This document shows, piece after piece, positions 38,791-49,842 of a stretch of 62,248 bases of DNA (position 1 is its first letter; the number at the start of each line of letters is the position of its first letter). The DNA is from Clostridia bacterium. Lineage in GTDB: Bacteria; Bacillota; Clostridia; TANB77; CAG-508. The notes below the pieces were generated by a model. It was not told the origin of the DNA. It did not search any database and was given only the letters and a program-made list of their open reading frames with translations. The translations under genes were made by a program, and so were the position numbers. Location: contig JAFUWA010000004.1 in NCBI GenBank assembly GCA_017477355.1, positions 1-62,248 on the forward strand, in the 5' to 3' direction.

Positions 38791-38817
38791 AAGCCTTGCC
38801 AAGCAGGGCTTTTTTAT
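38791..38817 (+). terminator. intrinsic terminator 45 nt upstream of the ABC-F start
   Basis: agccttgc caa gcagggct followed by ttttttat. Confidence 0.6.
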
Positions 38818-38861
38818 ATATAATATATATGTTAAATTTTGTGTAAATGGAGGAAATAAAA

Positions 38862-40448
38862 TTGCTTAGTTCAAATGGAGTTACAATACGTTTTGGAAAA
38901 AGAGTATTGTTTGAAGACGTTAATATTAAATTTACAAAAGGAAATTGCTATGGAATTATTGGAGCTAATGGTGCTGGTAAATCAACATTTTTGAAAGTTT
39001 TATCAGGAGAAATTGAACCAAGTAAAGGAGAAGTTGTTTTAGATAAAGGCGAAAGACTATCTATGTTAAAACAAGACCACTTTGCTTATGAGGAATATAC
39101 AGTTATTGATACTGTTATGCTTGGAAATCCAGAACTATATAATATCATGAAAGAAAAAGATAAAATATATGCAAAACCAGATTTTTCAGAAGAAGATGGA
39201 CTAAAAGCAGCCAAATTAGAAGAACGTTTTGCAGAGTTAGATGGATGGAATGCAGAATCAGATGCAGCAAAATTATTAAATGATTTAGGAATCGATAGTT
39301 TCATGCATTACAAATATATGAAAGAAATTGAAGCAAAAGATAAAGTAAAAGTCCTTTTAGCACAAAGTTTATTTGGAAATCCAGATGTGCTACTTCTAGA
39401 TGAGCCTACTAATGATTTAGATTTAAAAGCTATTAATTGGCTTCAAGATTTCTTGATTGATTTTGAAAATACAGTGATTGTTGTATCACATGATAGATAT
39501 TTCTTAAATAAAGTTTGTACACATATTGCAGATGTTGACTTTGGAAAAATTAAAGTATATCCAGGAAACTATGATTTCTGGTATGAATCTAGTCAGCTTG
39601 CATTAAAGCAAATGAAAGAAGCAAACAAAAAGAAAGAAGAAAAAATCAAAGAGTTACAAGACTTCATTGCACGTTTTGCTGCAAATGCTTCAAAATCAAA
39701 ACAAGCAACTTCTAGGAAAAAATCATTAGAGAAAATTGAGTTAGATGAAATTAAACCATCTAATAGAAAATATCCATATATTGATTTTAAACCAGATAGG
39801 GAGTATGGAAAAGATATATTAGAAGTAAAGAATTTATCAAAAACAGTAAATGGAGAGAAGTTATTAGATAATGTTTCTTTTGTTATTAAAAGAGATGAGA
39901 AAGTAGCTTTTCTAGCAGATAATGAACTTGCAAAAACAGTATTATTTCAAATTTTAGCTGGTGAAGAAAAACCAGATTCTGGGGAAATTAACTATGGAAT
40001 AACAATTTCAACAGATTATTTTCCAAAAGATAATAATTATATGTTTGAGCAAGAAATAAAATTAGTAGATTGGCTAAGACAATATTCTAAAGATCCAGAT
40101 GAAACATATGTTAGAGGATTTTTAGGAAGAATGTTATTTTCTGGAGATGAAGCGTTAAAAGATGTTAGAGTTCTATCTGGAGGAGAAAAAGTAAGATGTG
40201 TTCTTTCTAAATTGATGTTAAGTGGTGCAAATTTATTGATTTTTGATGAACCAACAAATCACTTAGATATGGAAAGTATTACAGCTTTAAACGAAGGAAT
40301 GAAAAAATATCCAGGAATTATGTTATTTACATCACATGATCACGAATTAACACAAACAGTAGCAAATAAAATTATTGATTTAAAAGATGGAAAAAATATT
40401 GTAGTTCGTGAATGTACTTATGATGAATATATTGAAGAAAATAATTAA
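38862..40448 (+). CDS. ABC-F family ATPase (two ABC cassettes, no TM; YkpA/YbiT-like)
   Basis: two Walker A (GANGAGKST; second degenerate), two LSGGE-type signatures, charged inter-domain linker KKKEEKIKELQDFIARF; TTG 38862 after SD ggagg is likelier than ATG 38847. Confidence 0.85.
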   Translation: MLSSNGVTIRFGKRVLFEDVNIKFTKGNCYGIIGANGAGKSTFLKVLSGEIEPSKGEVVLDKGERLSMLKQDHFAYEEYTVIDTVMLGNPELYNIMKEKDKIYAKPDFSEEDGLKAAKLEERFAELDGWNAESDAAKLLNDLGIDSFMHYKYMKEIEAKDKVKVLLAQSLFGNPDVLLLDEPTNDLDLKAINWLQDFLIDFENTVIVVSHDRYFLNKVCTHIADVDFGKIKVYPGNYDFWYESSQLALKQMKEANKKKEEKIKELQDFIARFAANASKSKQATSRKKSLEKIELDEIKPSNRKYPYIDFKPDREYGKDILEVKNLSKTVNGEKLLDNVSFVIKRDEKVAFLADNELAKTVLFQILAGEEKPDSGEINYGITISTDYFPKDNNYMFEQEIKLVDWLRQYSKDPDETYVRGFLGRMLFSGDEALKDVRVLSGGEKVRCVLSKLMLSGANLLIFDEPTNHLDMESITALNEGMKKYPGIMLFTSHDHELTQTVANKIIDLKDGKNIVVRECTYDEYIEENN

Positions 40449-40471
40449 CAGAAGAAAATGAGGGATGGGTA

Positions 40472-41329
40472 ATGGAGTATTTTGATCCAGCGATAATTAT
40501 GCCAAAAAAGATGCTACAGGATGAGTTTTTTCAATCAATTAAAAGAGATTTAACCAATAGAATTCCTAAAGATATTGGTGAAATGTTAATTAGAGAAAAT
40601 AATGATCCAGAACATATATTAATATATCATAGAACATCTAGAGTTCCAGCAAAAACAATATTTCAAAATGGATTGCTAATTGCTGGAGGAAATAATATAG
40701 AATATACAACAAGTAGAGATCCAAACAATATAGGACTGTTTGTCAATATTAATGGAGCCGCTGGATATAAAAGCGATGGTGGCTATGGATCTAGAGTAAT
40801 TCTTATGAGAATTCCGAAAAGTGCAATTGAATATGAGCCTGGAATTTCAAAACCAATTTTAATGAAAACAGATGATGTTGCTGAACAAGGCGGTGGAATG
40901 GCAATTGTAGCTGGCAAAACACAAACTTATTTATTGCCAGAATATATTATTGGCTCTCTTGAGTATGAAGATGGTAAAATTGCAGGATATATAGAAAATC
41001 CAAACTATCGAGAAGTTCATGATTATCAAAATAATGGACTAACTTGTACAGAAGAGTTGATTTATAGTTTTATAGAACAAAAAAGAAGTGATTTACAAGG
41101 TTTGGATTTTGATACACAGATAGAAGTTGCAGATCAATTAATTATTGATGAAAATAATGAGTATATGCTTCATCCTGAGAAATTCCCTAAAGTTTCTCCA
41201 AAAGTTACAAGAAGCGAAGAAGAAATTAAAGAATTTTCATTAAAAGATATTGTATTATCTAAATTAAAAAAATCGTTTGAAAAAATCAAGAGAATATTTG
41301 ATTTAGATAAGGAGAAAGATGAAAGATGA
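40472..41329 (+). CDS. hypothetical protein (285 aa); weak R / T-T-S / E-x-E pattern reminiscent of ADP-ribosyltransferases
   Basis: IYHRTSR..., YTTSRD, AIEYEPG read in order; no signal peptide. Confidence 0.4.
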   Translation: MEYFDPAIIMPKKMLQDEFFQSIKRDLTNRIPKDIGEMLIRENNDPEHILIYHRTSRVPAKTIFQNGLLIAGGNNIEYTTSRDPNNIGLFVNINGAAGYKSDGGYGSRVILMRIPKSAIEYEPGISKPILMKTDDVAEQGGGMAIVAGKTQTYLLPEYIIGSLEYEDGKIAGYIENPNYREVHDYQNNGLTCTEELIYSFIEQKRSDLQGLDFDTQIEVADQLIIDENNEYMLHPEKFPKVSPKVTRSEEEIKEFSLKDIVLSKLKKSFEKIKRIFDLDKEKDER

Positions 41330-41625
41330 TAGATTTTAAAAATAAGAAAGCGATTTCAGAAGTTTATGAAATATTAAATCAACTAAAGGAGGATTCATTG
41401 AAAAAAGTACCTCCAGAGTTGATGGAAAAGTTAAGAAATCATGCGGGGTATGATGTTTCTTATATCAAACCAGAAATTCCATTAGAAAAGTTAGAATTAG
41501 AACCTGAAACAAAAGATATTTTAGCAGTTATTTCTTATCAATGTTTTTGTAATGAAGAAGAAAAGAAAAAATGGAATCAAATATTATTAAAAAACGAAAT
41601 GGAATATAGGAGAAAAAATAATTAA
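41326..41625 (+). CDS. hypothetical 99-aa protein, translationally coupled (ATGA overlap) to the 285-aa ORF
   Basis: 4-nt overlap with the upstream stop. Confidence 0.45.
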   Translation: MIDFKNKKAISEVYEILNQLKEDSLKKVPPELMEKLRNHAGYDVSYIKPEIPLEKLELEPETKDILAVISYQCFCNEEEKKKWNQILLKNEMEYRRKNN

Positions 41626-41664
41626 TAAAATTCTCATAATACAGATGATAAAAAGGAGTTAAAT

Positions 41665-41883
41665 ATGAGAGAGGACAGCAAGAATTTTAATGACCTAACT
41701 TCTTTAAAAGCACAACTTTCACTTGCTTTAGAAAATAATAATTTGGAAGAGGCAACTGAAATATTAGATAAAATAGATACAATATTTTTAAAAGTGAGTG
41801 GACATACTTTTAGAAGTAAGTTGACAATGGACAGTCAAGATAGATTAAATAATTTTTTAAAGAATAATGGAGAAATAAAGTGA
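41665..41883 (+). CDS. Spo0E-like small helical protein (possible aspartyl-phosphate phosphatase)
   Basis: 72 aa; helical; SQDRLNNFL resembles the Spo0E SQELD motif. Confidence 0.4.
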   Translation: MREDSKNFNDLTSLKAQLSLALENNNLEEATEILDKIDTIFLKVSGHTFRSKLTMDSQDRLNNFLKNNGEIK

Positions 41884-44036
41884 ACAAGATTTATAAGAAA
41901 ATAGCAGAAGAATTAAATATTAAAGAAAGCCAAGTTGAGGCAGCAGTAAAATTGATAGATGAAGGGAATACGATTCCCTTCATTGCACGTTATAGAAAAG
42001 AAGTAACAGGAAATCTAAGTGACGAAGTTTTAAGAGATTTAGATGAAAGATTAAAATACTTAAGAAATTTAGAAGCTCGTAAAGAAGAAATTATTCGATT
42101 AATTGATGAGCAAGGAAAATTAACAGATGAATTGACAATTAAGATTGCTAGTACAATGGTTTTATCAGAATTAGAAGATATTTATCGTCCTTATAAACCT
42201 AAAAAGAGAACAAGAGCAACAGTTGCAAAAGAAAAAGGATTAGAGTCATTGTCAATGATTATCTATTTGCAACAAGAAAAGAAGAATATTTATGAAGTGG
42301 CAAAAGAATATATTAATCCAGAAAAAGGTGTTGAAACAGAAGAAGATGCAATTCAAGGAGCAGGAGATATTATTGCAGAAAACATAGCAGATGATGCTGA
42401 CTATAGAAAGAAAATCAAATCAATGGATTTTAGAGAAGCAGTAATTACTTCTAAAAATGCTAAAGAAGAAAAATCACCTTATGAAATGTATTATGATTAT
42501 AAAGAAGCAATTTTAAGACTTCCAAGTCATAGAATTTTAGCAATGAATAGAGGAGAAAAAGAAGGATTTTTAAAAGTAAAATTAGAAACTCCTGATGAAA
42601 AAATCTTAGCGTATTTAGAAAGACAAATTATTCAAGATGAGAAGAGCCAATTCGCTATTATTTTGAAAGCAATTATTGAAGATAGTTATAAGAGATTAAT
42701 TGCTCCTAGTATTGAAAGAGAAATTCGTTCTGATTTAACAGAAAGGGCAGAAGAAAAAGCAATTAAAGTTTTTGGAAAGAATGCTAAACAATTGTTGATG
42801 CAACCACCAATTAAAGATATTGTTGTTATGGGATTTGATCCAGCATATAGAACAGGTTGCAAAATTGCAGTTATTGATAAAACAGGAAAAGTTTTGGCAA
42901 CAACAACAGTTTATCCAACAGAACCTCAAAACGACGTAGAAGGGTCAAAAAAGGTTTTAAAGGAATTAATAAATAAATTTGACGTTAATATGATTTCAAT
43001 AGGAAATGGAACAGCCTCACGCGAATCAGAGCAGTTTGTGTCTAACATGTTAAAAGAAATAAAGAAAGAGATTTATTATGCGATTGTAAGTGAAGCAGGA
43101 GCATCTGTCTATTCAGCATCTAAACTTGCAACAGAGGAATATCCAGATATTAATGTTTCTTTAAGAGGTGCAATTTCTATTGCAAGGCGTCTGCAAGATC
43201 CATTATCAGAGCTAGTTAAAATTGATCCAAAATCAATTGGAGTTGGACAATATCAACATGATGTTAACCAAAAAAGATTAGAAGAAAGCATTACTGGAGT
43301 TGTAGAAGATGCAGTAAACTCTGTTGGTGTAGATGTTAATACTGCTACTCCATCTCTTCTTTCTTATGTTTCTGGAATTAATATGAGTTTAGCTAAAAAT
43401 ATTGTCAAATATAGAGATGAAAATGGAGAATTGAAACAAAGAAAAGAGTTATTAAAAGTTGCTAAATTAGGTCCTGCTGCGTATAAACAATGTGCTGGAT
43501 TTATTAGAATTTATAATGGAAAAAATCCATTAGAAGTAACGGCTGTTCACCCAGAAAGTTATGAAGTTGCAGAAAAATTACTCGCAAAACTGGGATATTC
43601 TGTGGAAAACATTTTGGATAAAGATAAAAAAGTGGATTTAGATAATAAACTTCAAAAAATAGATGTTAAAAATATGGCAAAAGAATTAGAAGTTGGTGAA
43701 CTTACTTTAAAAGATATTATTGATGAAATCTTAAAACCAGGTAGAGACCCTAGAGAAGCAATGCCAAAGCCAATTTTAAGATCAGATGTATTAAAATTTG
43801 AAGATTTACAAATTGGAATGATTTTAAATGGAACAGTTAGAAATGTAATTGATTTTGGAGCATTTGTGGATATTGGAGTGAAATATGATGGTTTAGTACA
43901 TATTTCAGAAATGTCAAATAAATTTATTAAAAATCCATCAGAAGTTGTTTCTGTAGGAGATATTGTGAAAGTCAAAGTGATTGATTTAGATACGGAACGT
44001 CATAAGGTTTCACTATCCATGAAAATCGATGCATGA
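41880..44036 (+). CDS. tex: transcription accessory protein Tex (YqgF-like and S1 domains)
   Basis: IPFIARYRKE, GFDPAYRTGCK, HhH region, C-terminal S1 GTVRNVIDFGAFVDIG...GLVHISE. Confidence 0.93.
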   Translation: MNKIYKKIAEELNIKESQVEAAVKLIDEGNTIPFIARYRKEVTGNLSDEVLRDLDERLKYLRNLEARKEEIIRLIDEQGKLTDELTIKIASTMVLSELEDIYRPYKPKKRTRATVAKEKGLESLSMIIYLQQEKKNIYEVAKEYINPEKGVETEEDAIQGAGDIIAENIADDADYRKKIKSMDFREAVITSKNAKEEKSPYEMYYDYKEAILRLPSHRILAMNRGEKEGFLKVKLETPDEKILAYLERQIIQDEKSQFAIILKAIIEDSYKRLIAPSIEREIRSDLTERAEEKAIKVFGKNAKQLLMQPPIKDIVVMGFDPAYRTGCKIAVIDKTGKVLATTTVYPTEPQNDVEGSKKVLKELINKFDVNMISIGNGTASRESEQFVSNMLKEIKKEIYYAIVSEAGASVYSASKLATEEYPDINVSLRGAISIARRLQDPLSELVKIDPKSIGVGQYQHDVNQKRLEESITGVVEDAVNSVGVDVNTATPSLLSYVSGINMSLAKNIVKYRDENGELKQRKELLKVAKLGPAAYKQCAGFIRIYNGKNPLEVTAVHPESYEVAEKLLAKLGYSVENILDKDKKVDLDNKLQKIDVKNMAKELEVGELTLKDIIDEILKPGRDPREAMPKPILRSDVLKFEDLQIGMILNGTVRNVIDFGAFVDIGVKYDGLVHISEMSNKFIKNPSEVVSVGDIVKVKVIDLDTERHKVSLSMKIDA

Positions 44037-44078
44037 TTTTAAAATATAATAGTATTTAAAAATAAAGGATAAGTTTAT

Positions 44079-45080
44079 ATGAAAAAGAAGATAATTATTG
44101 CAGTAATTTTAATAATTTTAGTAGCTCTGATTTTTCTGGGTTTTCAAGTTTTTAAAACAGCCAGTGAAGGATTAGTTGTAGATGAAGAGTTTTTGGGGGA
44201 AGAAGATTTTAATCCAGAAGATTGGGAGGAAGAAATCACTGGTGAAGGAACGATTACCTCGTTTAATGTAGAAAACTTAGATACGAGTTTGTGGACCAAA
44301 ACAGATAAAGTTTTGGTAAATAACGAAGATATGATAACAGCTGGACAGGAAATATTAAATGTTTCAAATGAAGACGCAACTGGAAAAATCTATTCTACAA
44401 TTAGTGGTAAAATTTATATAGAAGATAGTAGATTTGGAAAAAGATATACCATCTATGATTTAGATAATTTAGGTTATGAACTACAAGTTCCAGAAACCAG
44501 GATTAATGATTTAAAAATTGGGCAAAAAGTGGAAACAAGGTTAAATGCATCAAATGAAATTATTTATGGTAGAATCTGTTATATTTCACAGATTCCACAA
44601 GAAGAGCAAATTAAGATTAAAGTAAAATTAGAAAATAGTGATAAGATTAAAATTGGATATACAGTAAGAGCGAGAGTTTTGTTAGAGGATGAAATTGATG
44701 CTAATACGCCAGTATATGATATTAGAAATAGTATTCCAAAGATTGGAAAGACAACAATTAATTATAAAACAAGCGGAGAAGAAGTATCATTTAGTTCTAT
44801 TGAAGAAATGCTAGCAGATAGCGATATTATTACAATGTACGAAAGTGCTTTAGAAGAGCAAGGAATCGTGATAGAAGAGTTAATGGCTCAAATTCAGTCT
44901 TTAACAGACAATATGGAAATTCCAGAAGAGCCAGCAGAAGATATTCCGGAAATGGATATTGAAGCTGTATCTGAGTATTGGAGTGGATATTGGAAAGAAT
45001 ATTGGGAAGCAGAGTATAACAAATTAGTAGAAGAAATGAAAAATACAGAAAATCCTGAAATTGTTGAAGGAGAAGAATAA
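44079..45080 (+). CDS. membrane-fusion (HlyD/YknX-like) adaptor protein, paralogue 1
   Basis: N-terminal TM, barrel-sandwich-like repeats, acidic Trp-rich tail; upstream of ABC ATPase/FtsX permease. Confidence 0.55.
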   Translation: MKKKIIIAVILIILVALIFLGFQVFKTASEGLVVDEEFLGEEDFNPEDWEEEITGEGTITSFNVENLDTSLWTKTDKVLVNNEDMITAGQEILNVSNEDATGKIYSTISGKIYIEDSRFGKRYTIYDLDNLGYELQVPETRINDLKIGQKVETRLNASNEIIYGRICYISQIPQEEQIKIKVKLENSDKIKIGYTVRARVLLEDEIDANTPVYDIRNSIPKIGKTTINYKTSGEEVSFSSIEEMLADSDIITMYESALEEQGIVIEELMAQIQSLTDNMEIPEEPAEDIPEMDIEAVSEYWSGYWKEYWEAEYNKLVEEMKNTENPEIVEGEE

Positions 45081-45082
45081 AT

Positions 45083-45940
45083 ATGAAAAAATTAAAAAGA
45101 ATTATCATTACAATTGCTATCATTGCAGTTGTTGTTCTGATTTTAAAGAATATTATACAGTCTAAAGTTGGAGCAATGAAAGATGCAGAATATGGGTATA
45201 CCTCTTATATGTTTGATACCTATACAGTGAAAAGGGGAGATGTATCAAGTTATATTAAAGGTGTAGGGCAAATTACTTCTTTTAATATTGAGACTTTAGA
45301 ATTGGCAAGTACAGATAAAATTAGTGAGATTTTGGTTTCAGAAGGAAGTAGAGTAGAGCAAAATCAAGAAGTGATGAAAGTAACAGATATGAATAATAAG
45401 ACAAGAACTATTAAAGCTGGAATATCTGGAATGTTTTTCTGTATTGAAACAGAAGAATCAACGAAATATTGTATTTATAATTTAGATGATATTGGAGTAA
45501 AATTATCCCTTCCAGAAAGAGATATTACACATGTTGCTATTGGACAGACTGTGAAGGTAAAAGTAAATGCTTTAAATAAAGAGTTTGATGGAACAGTTTC
45601 TTATATTGCTTCTCTTCCACAAAACGATAGATATACTGTAAGAGTAAAAATAAATTATACAGATGATATTAAATTTGGATACTCAAGTACAGCAAGTATC
45701 TTGGTAGCTAATATGGGAGATGTTGTTTCAATTCCATATGAATGCTTAAATGAGGCAGAAGATGGAAGATATTTTGTATATAATGAGAAATATAAAAATG
45801 AATTATATGAAGCAATGTTTGATGGAACTTCTGATGAAGAATATAGAATTTATGTTGAACCAGGAATTATTACATCAACTAATGTAGAGATTAAGTCAGG
45901 CTTACAAGAGGGAGATAAAATATTAACACTAGTTTGGTAA
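45083..45940 (+). CDS. membrane-fusion (HlyD/YknX-like) adaptor protein, paralogue 2
   Basis: N-terminal TM; ISGMFF..., IGQTVKVKVNA..., GTVSYIAS pattern. Confidence 0.55.
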   Translation: MKKLKRIIITIAIIAVVVLILKNIIQSKVGAMKDAEYGYTSYMFDTYTVKRGDVSSYIKGVGQITSFNIETLELASTDKISEILVSEGSRVEQNQEVMKVTDMNNKTRTIKAGISGMFFCIETEESTKYCIYNLDDIGVKLSLPERDITHVAIGQTVKVKVNALNKEFDGTVSYIASLPQNDRYTVRVKINYTDDIKFGYSSTASILVANMGDVVSIPYECLNEAEDGRYFVYNEKYKNELYEAMFDGTSDEEYRIYVEPGIITSTNVEIKSGLQEGDKILTLVW

Positions 45941-45950
45941 AGGAAGAATT

Positions 45951-46637
45951 ATGATAAAGTTAAAAGATATTAGGAAAGAATATGTATTATCTAAAGATAA
46001 TATAGTAACTGCTTTGAATGATATTAATTTGGAAATAGAAGAGGGAGAATTTGTAGCAATTGTTGGAAAATCAGGTTCTGGAAAATCTACACTTTTGAAT
46101 ATTATTTCTTGCTTAGATAAAGAAATTAAAGGATCTTATATTTTAGACGATTATAAAATTCAAAGGAAAAAACCGAAAGAACTTGCTAAAATTCGTAATC
46201 AGTATTTTGGGTTTATTTTTCAGAACTTTAACTTGCTTCAAAAATTAACAGCTTATGAAAATATTGAAATTCCATTGATTTATAAACGTGTTCCAAGAAA
46301 GAAAAGGAAAGAACTAATTGAAAAATATGCTGAGAAAGTCGGAATTTTAGAAAGATTAAAACATAAGCCGAATGAACTATCAGGTGGCCAGCAGCAAAGA
46401 GTTGCTATTGCAAGAGCATTAGTTACAGACCCTAAAATTATTATGGCAGATGAGCCAACAGGTGCTCTCGACGAGGCAACAGGAATTCAAATTATGCAGA
46501 TTTTAAAAGAATTAAATAATGAGGGAAAAACGGTTCTTTTAGTAACACATGATATGGATTTGGCAAATCAAGCTAAAAGAAAAATTGTGATTTCTGATGG
46601 AAAGATTATCTCTGATTCAAAAGGAGGTATACGTTAA
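45951..46637 (+). CDS. ABC transporter ATP-binding protein (MacB/LolD/YknY type)
   Basis: [37 protein letters not shown]. Confidence 0.92.
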   Translation: MIKLKDIRKEYVLSKDNIVTALNDINLEIEEGEFVAIVGKSGSGKSTLLNIISCLDKEIKGSYILDDYKIQRKKPKELAKIRNQYFGFIFQNFNLLQKLTAYENIEIPLIYKRVPRKKRKELIEKYAEKVGILERLKHKPNELSGGQQQRVAIARALVTDPKIIMADEPTGALDEATGIQIMQILKELNNEGKTVLLVTHDMDLANQAKRKIVISDGKIISDSKGGIR

Positions 46638-47893
46638 TGATTTGGGAATCAATTAAAATGGTTTTTAAAGTGTTTAAAACTAACAAATTACGTACTTTTC
46701 TAACAATGTTAGGTATCATTATTGGTATCTTTGCAATCACCATTATTTTTGCAATTTCGAGCGCTACACAAGATTCTGTCAAAGGAGAATTAGCTGGAAT
46801 TGATATGACAGCCATAAATGTTCAAATTTATGGAACATTTAATGAAGACGGAACACAGATAATTAATTTTCCTTCAGAAGAAATGTTTGAATTAAGAAGT
46901 GAGGATGTAATTGAAAGCGTATCAGAAATTAAAACTTATACTTTCAAAGAGCTAGAAAAAAGAGTCAATTCAACGGAAATTGATACAGATATGTTTTATA
47001 TTATGAATAATGAAGTTAGCTTACAAGGTGTTAGCTATGATTATGCTAAAGAGTATGCAACTAAAAATAAGGATAAAATGGTAGCTGGTAGACCTTTTTC
47101 TAAAATGGATGATGAAAATAGACTTCCAGTTTGTATGATTTCAGAAAGTGTAGCTTATGAATTTTTTGGAAGAACAGAAAAAGTAGTGGGAGAAAGCCTT
47201 ACAATTAATGGTTATGACTTCAAAATTATTGGAATTTTTAGAACAAATTCAGAAGAAGATACAGGATATTATACTTATGTTTTAAATTCATTTGCAAGTG
47301 GATATTTCCAAACGACAGGAGATTATGGAAGTAGTATTACATTTATTATCAAGCCAACATCAAGCGAAACAAGAGCAGAAGCTGTAGAATTAGTAAAAAC
47401 AAAACTTGCAGAATATTTATCTAAAAATGAATATTATGTAAGTGAAGATTTAAATCAAATGATGGATGAAATTAATGCTGTATTTGGTGTAATTGAATTA
47501 GTATTTGCAGGAATTGCAGGATTGTCTCTATTAGTTGGTGGAATCGGAATTATGAATATCATGCTAGTTTCTGTTAATGAAAGAATTAAAGAAATTGGAA
47601 TTAGAATGGCGCTTGGAGCAAATGCAGGAAATATTAAAATGCAATTCTTAATTGAAGGAATTATTTTAACATTACTGTCTGGAATTATTGGAATGCTTTT
47701 AGCAACAGGAGCAATGCAAGTAGCTAATTTAGCAATTAAAAATTTTACAGAGTTTAACTTAGAATTAAAAGTAGATTTGATGGTAATGTTAAAAACAGTA
47801 GCATTCTGCGGATTAGTTGGAGTTATCTTTGGATATTATCCAGCAAAGAAAGCAGCTAACCTGAATCCAATTGATGCTTTAAGGTATGAATAA
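46637..47893 (+). CDS. ABC transporter permease, FtsX/MacB-type
   Basis: N-terminal TM, large extracytoplasmic domain, C-terminal FtsX fold (GGIGIMNIMLVSVNERIKEIGIRMALGA). Confidence 0.9.
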   Translation: MIWESIKMVFKVFKTNKLRTFLTMLGIIIGIFAITIIFAISSATQDSVKGELAGIDMTAINVQIYGTFNEDGTQIINFPSEEMFELRSEDVIESVSEIKTYTFKELEKRVNSTEIDTDMFYIMNNEVSLQGVSYDYAKEYATKNKDKMVAGRPFSKMDDENRLPVCMISESVAYEFFGRTEKVVGESLTINGYDFKIIGIFRTNSEEDTGYYTYVLNSFASGYFQTTGDYGSSITFIIKPTSSETRAEAVELVKTKLAEYLSKNEYYVSEDLNQMMDEINAVFGVIELVFAGIAGLSLLVGGIGIMNIMLVSVNERIKEIGIRMALGANAGNIKMQFLIEGIILTLLSGIIGMLLATGAMQVANLAIKNFTEFNLELKVDLMVMLKTVAFCGLVGVIFGYYPAKKAANLNPIDALRYE

Positions 47894-47911
47894 ATAAATT
47901 TGTTTTATATC

Positions 47912-47943
47912 AAAAAAAGAAGCTTAAACAGCTTCTTTTTTTT
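47912..47943. terminator. bidirectional terminator
   Basis: aaaaaaagaagct taaac agcttcttttttt. Confidence 0.7.
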
Positions 47944-48736
47944 CTTTAACTTTCTCAATTTTTACATCTTCTAATTCTTTTTGAAATTCAGATTTTGCTA
48001 TAATAACATAAGGTCTAATAACACTGTAAAAGAATACCATAAATGGCGTTAAATATTTTCCTTCAATAAAGATATTTAATATCATTAAAATTAATGCAGC
48101 AATTAGGAAATAATGTAAAAATGATAATAATAATAAAATAAATTTTAATTTATTTCTATGCATTAATTTACGTGAACTATCTACAATTTCCTTCTCATTC
48201 ATTTCAGGATGTTCATGGTAAATATAAGCTACTAAAATGTATCTTAACACATAGTAGACTAAAATAAAAATAGCTAATACCCAAATGAAAGTAGCAAGAG
48301 GGATTAAATTTTGATTAAAGCATAGAAAGTTAACATGATTTACTTTTGCAACTGCTGTTCCAATCCAGTAGAAAGCTGCTAAAATATTGACAATGATTGG
48401 AACTAAGATTTTCAATAAAATTCTTAATCCGATTTTAGTATATTTTACATAGGTCTTAAAAGTAATATTAATAAATTCTGTGATAGAATTTGTTTTTCCT
48501 TCTGCTAAATCTAAAATATTTGCAATAATGCTATAACTCAAAATCCAATGAAAAAGAATTAAGATTGCTTGGGTAACTGCTAAAACAAATGAACTATGAA
48601 TTCCATTTGCAAATTTTGTTTGAGCAAAAGTTATTAAAGAAATAATAATAAAGAATAACAAACTACTAGAAGCACATTTTAGGTAAACTCCTGTAAGCTT
48701 AAGTTTAGAATCTTTTTTGATTTCATTTATTTTCAT
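47924..48736 (-). CDS. polytopic membrane protein (DUF975-like)
   Basis: 270 aa, 6 TM, N-terminal KLKLTGVYLKCASSSLLFFII pattern. Confidence 0.45.
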   Translation of the reverse strand: MKINEIKKDSKLKLTGVYLKCASSSLLFFIIISLITFAQTKFANGIHSSFVLAVTQAILILFHWILSYSIIANILDLAEGKTNSITEFINITFKTYVKYTKIGLRILLKILVPIIVNILAAFYWIGTAVAKVNHVNFLCFNQNLIPLATFIWVLAIFILVYYVLRYILVAYIYHEHPEMNEKEIVDSSRKLMHRNKLKFILLLLSFLHYFLIAALILMILNIFIEGKYLTPFMVFFYSVIRPYVIIAKSEFQKELEDVKIEKVKEKKEAV

Positions 48737-48750
48737 TTTAAGAATCCTCC

Positions 48751-49807
48751 TTAAGATGAGTATTTTTCTTGTATTGCAAGAATTTCATCATAATGGTTAT
48801 CTAAGATATCTAAAAACACCGTTGCTATTTCTGGATCAAATTGTGTTCCACTTACTCTAACAATTTCTTCTCTAACAACATCTAGTGGAAGAGCATTTCT
48901 ATAAGAACGTTTTGTTGTCATTGCATCAAATGTATCTGCGACAGCAGCAATTCTTGCAAATAGAGGAATTTCTTTACCAGCTATTTTTCCAGGGTATCCG
49001 TTACCATCGAACTTCTCATGGTGATGATATACAATTGGAATAATATTTTCAAAAGTTGTTGCATTAGAAAGAATATGTTTTCCAATAGATGGATGATTTT
49101 TAATTTCACTATATTCATCATCTGTTAGTGATCCTTCTTTTAGAAGAATACTATCTGGAACACCAATTTTTCCGATATCATGGAATAATCCACCAATTTC
49201 AAGAATCTTTAAGTCTTCTGGAGATAATCCCATGTATTTTCCAATTAAAACAGAAAATGCAGAAACTCTATCAGAGTGACCTCTTGTATATTTATCCTTT
49301 GCTTCAACAGTATATCTTAACGTTTGAATTGTCTCTAAATATGCTTTTTCTAATTCTTCACGAGATTTTGTTAATTCTTTATTAATTTCACCGATAATTC
49401 TCATTTGCTCGATAGACTTAATTGCAGATTCGATTAAAAGTAATAATTGATCAAATTTGTCGCTTTTTTCACAATATCCTTGAATAGATAATTTTCTAAT
49501 AGTCTCTAGTGGTGGAGCTAAATCCTTATGTCCAGTAAGTAATAGTATATATAAGTCTTTATTAAATTTTCTAATTTCTTCAACAACTTTATCGCCATGA
49601 ATTGGTGTCATAATAAAGTCTAGAAGCATTAAGTCAAAATGCTCATTTTTAACACGTTCAATTGCTTCTAATGGATTAGTTACACCGTGTCAATTGATAT
49701 CCTGAACGTTTTAGAAAGACAGATAAAGAATCAATGATACCGCTTTCATCGTCGACAGCAATAATTTTATATGGTCGTTTGTCTATATTTTGTTCAGAGT
49801 GACGCAT
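48751..49807 (-). CDS. response regulator with HD-GYP (c-di-GMP phosphodiesterase-type) output; +1 site CGG-T
   Basis: receiver KIIAVDDESGIIDSL...GYQLT-G-VTNPLEAIERVKNEHFDLMLLDFIMTPIHG; HDIGKIGVP...HHHEKFDGNGYPG. Confidence 0.85.
49684..49687 (-). other. putative +1 recoding site CGG-T
   Basis: aca CGG tgt aac taa in zero frame; +1 restores the receiver domain. Confidence 0.6.
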
Positions 49808-49842
49808 AAAAGAACCTCCTTTATATTGACTATATTATATAT

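Noticed and set aside
38713-38817. Leader peptide (MKRTNGK) plus attenuator controlling the ABC-F gene, as in antibiotic-resistance ABC-F genes
   Set aside because: The mini-ORF has no SD. The hairpin can be explained as the terminator of the upstream gene. The ABC-F looks like a housekeeping YkpA/YbiT type. It is kept only as a terminator feature.
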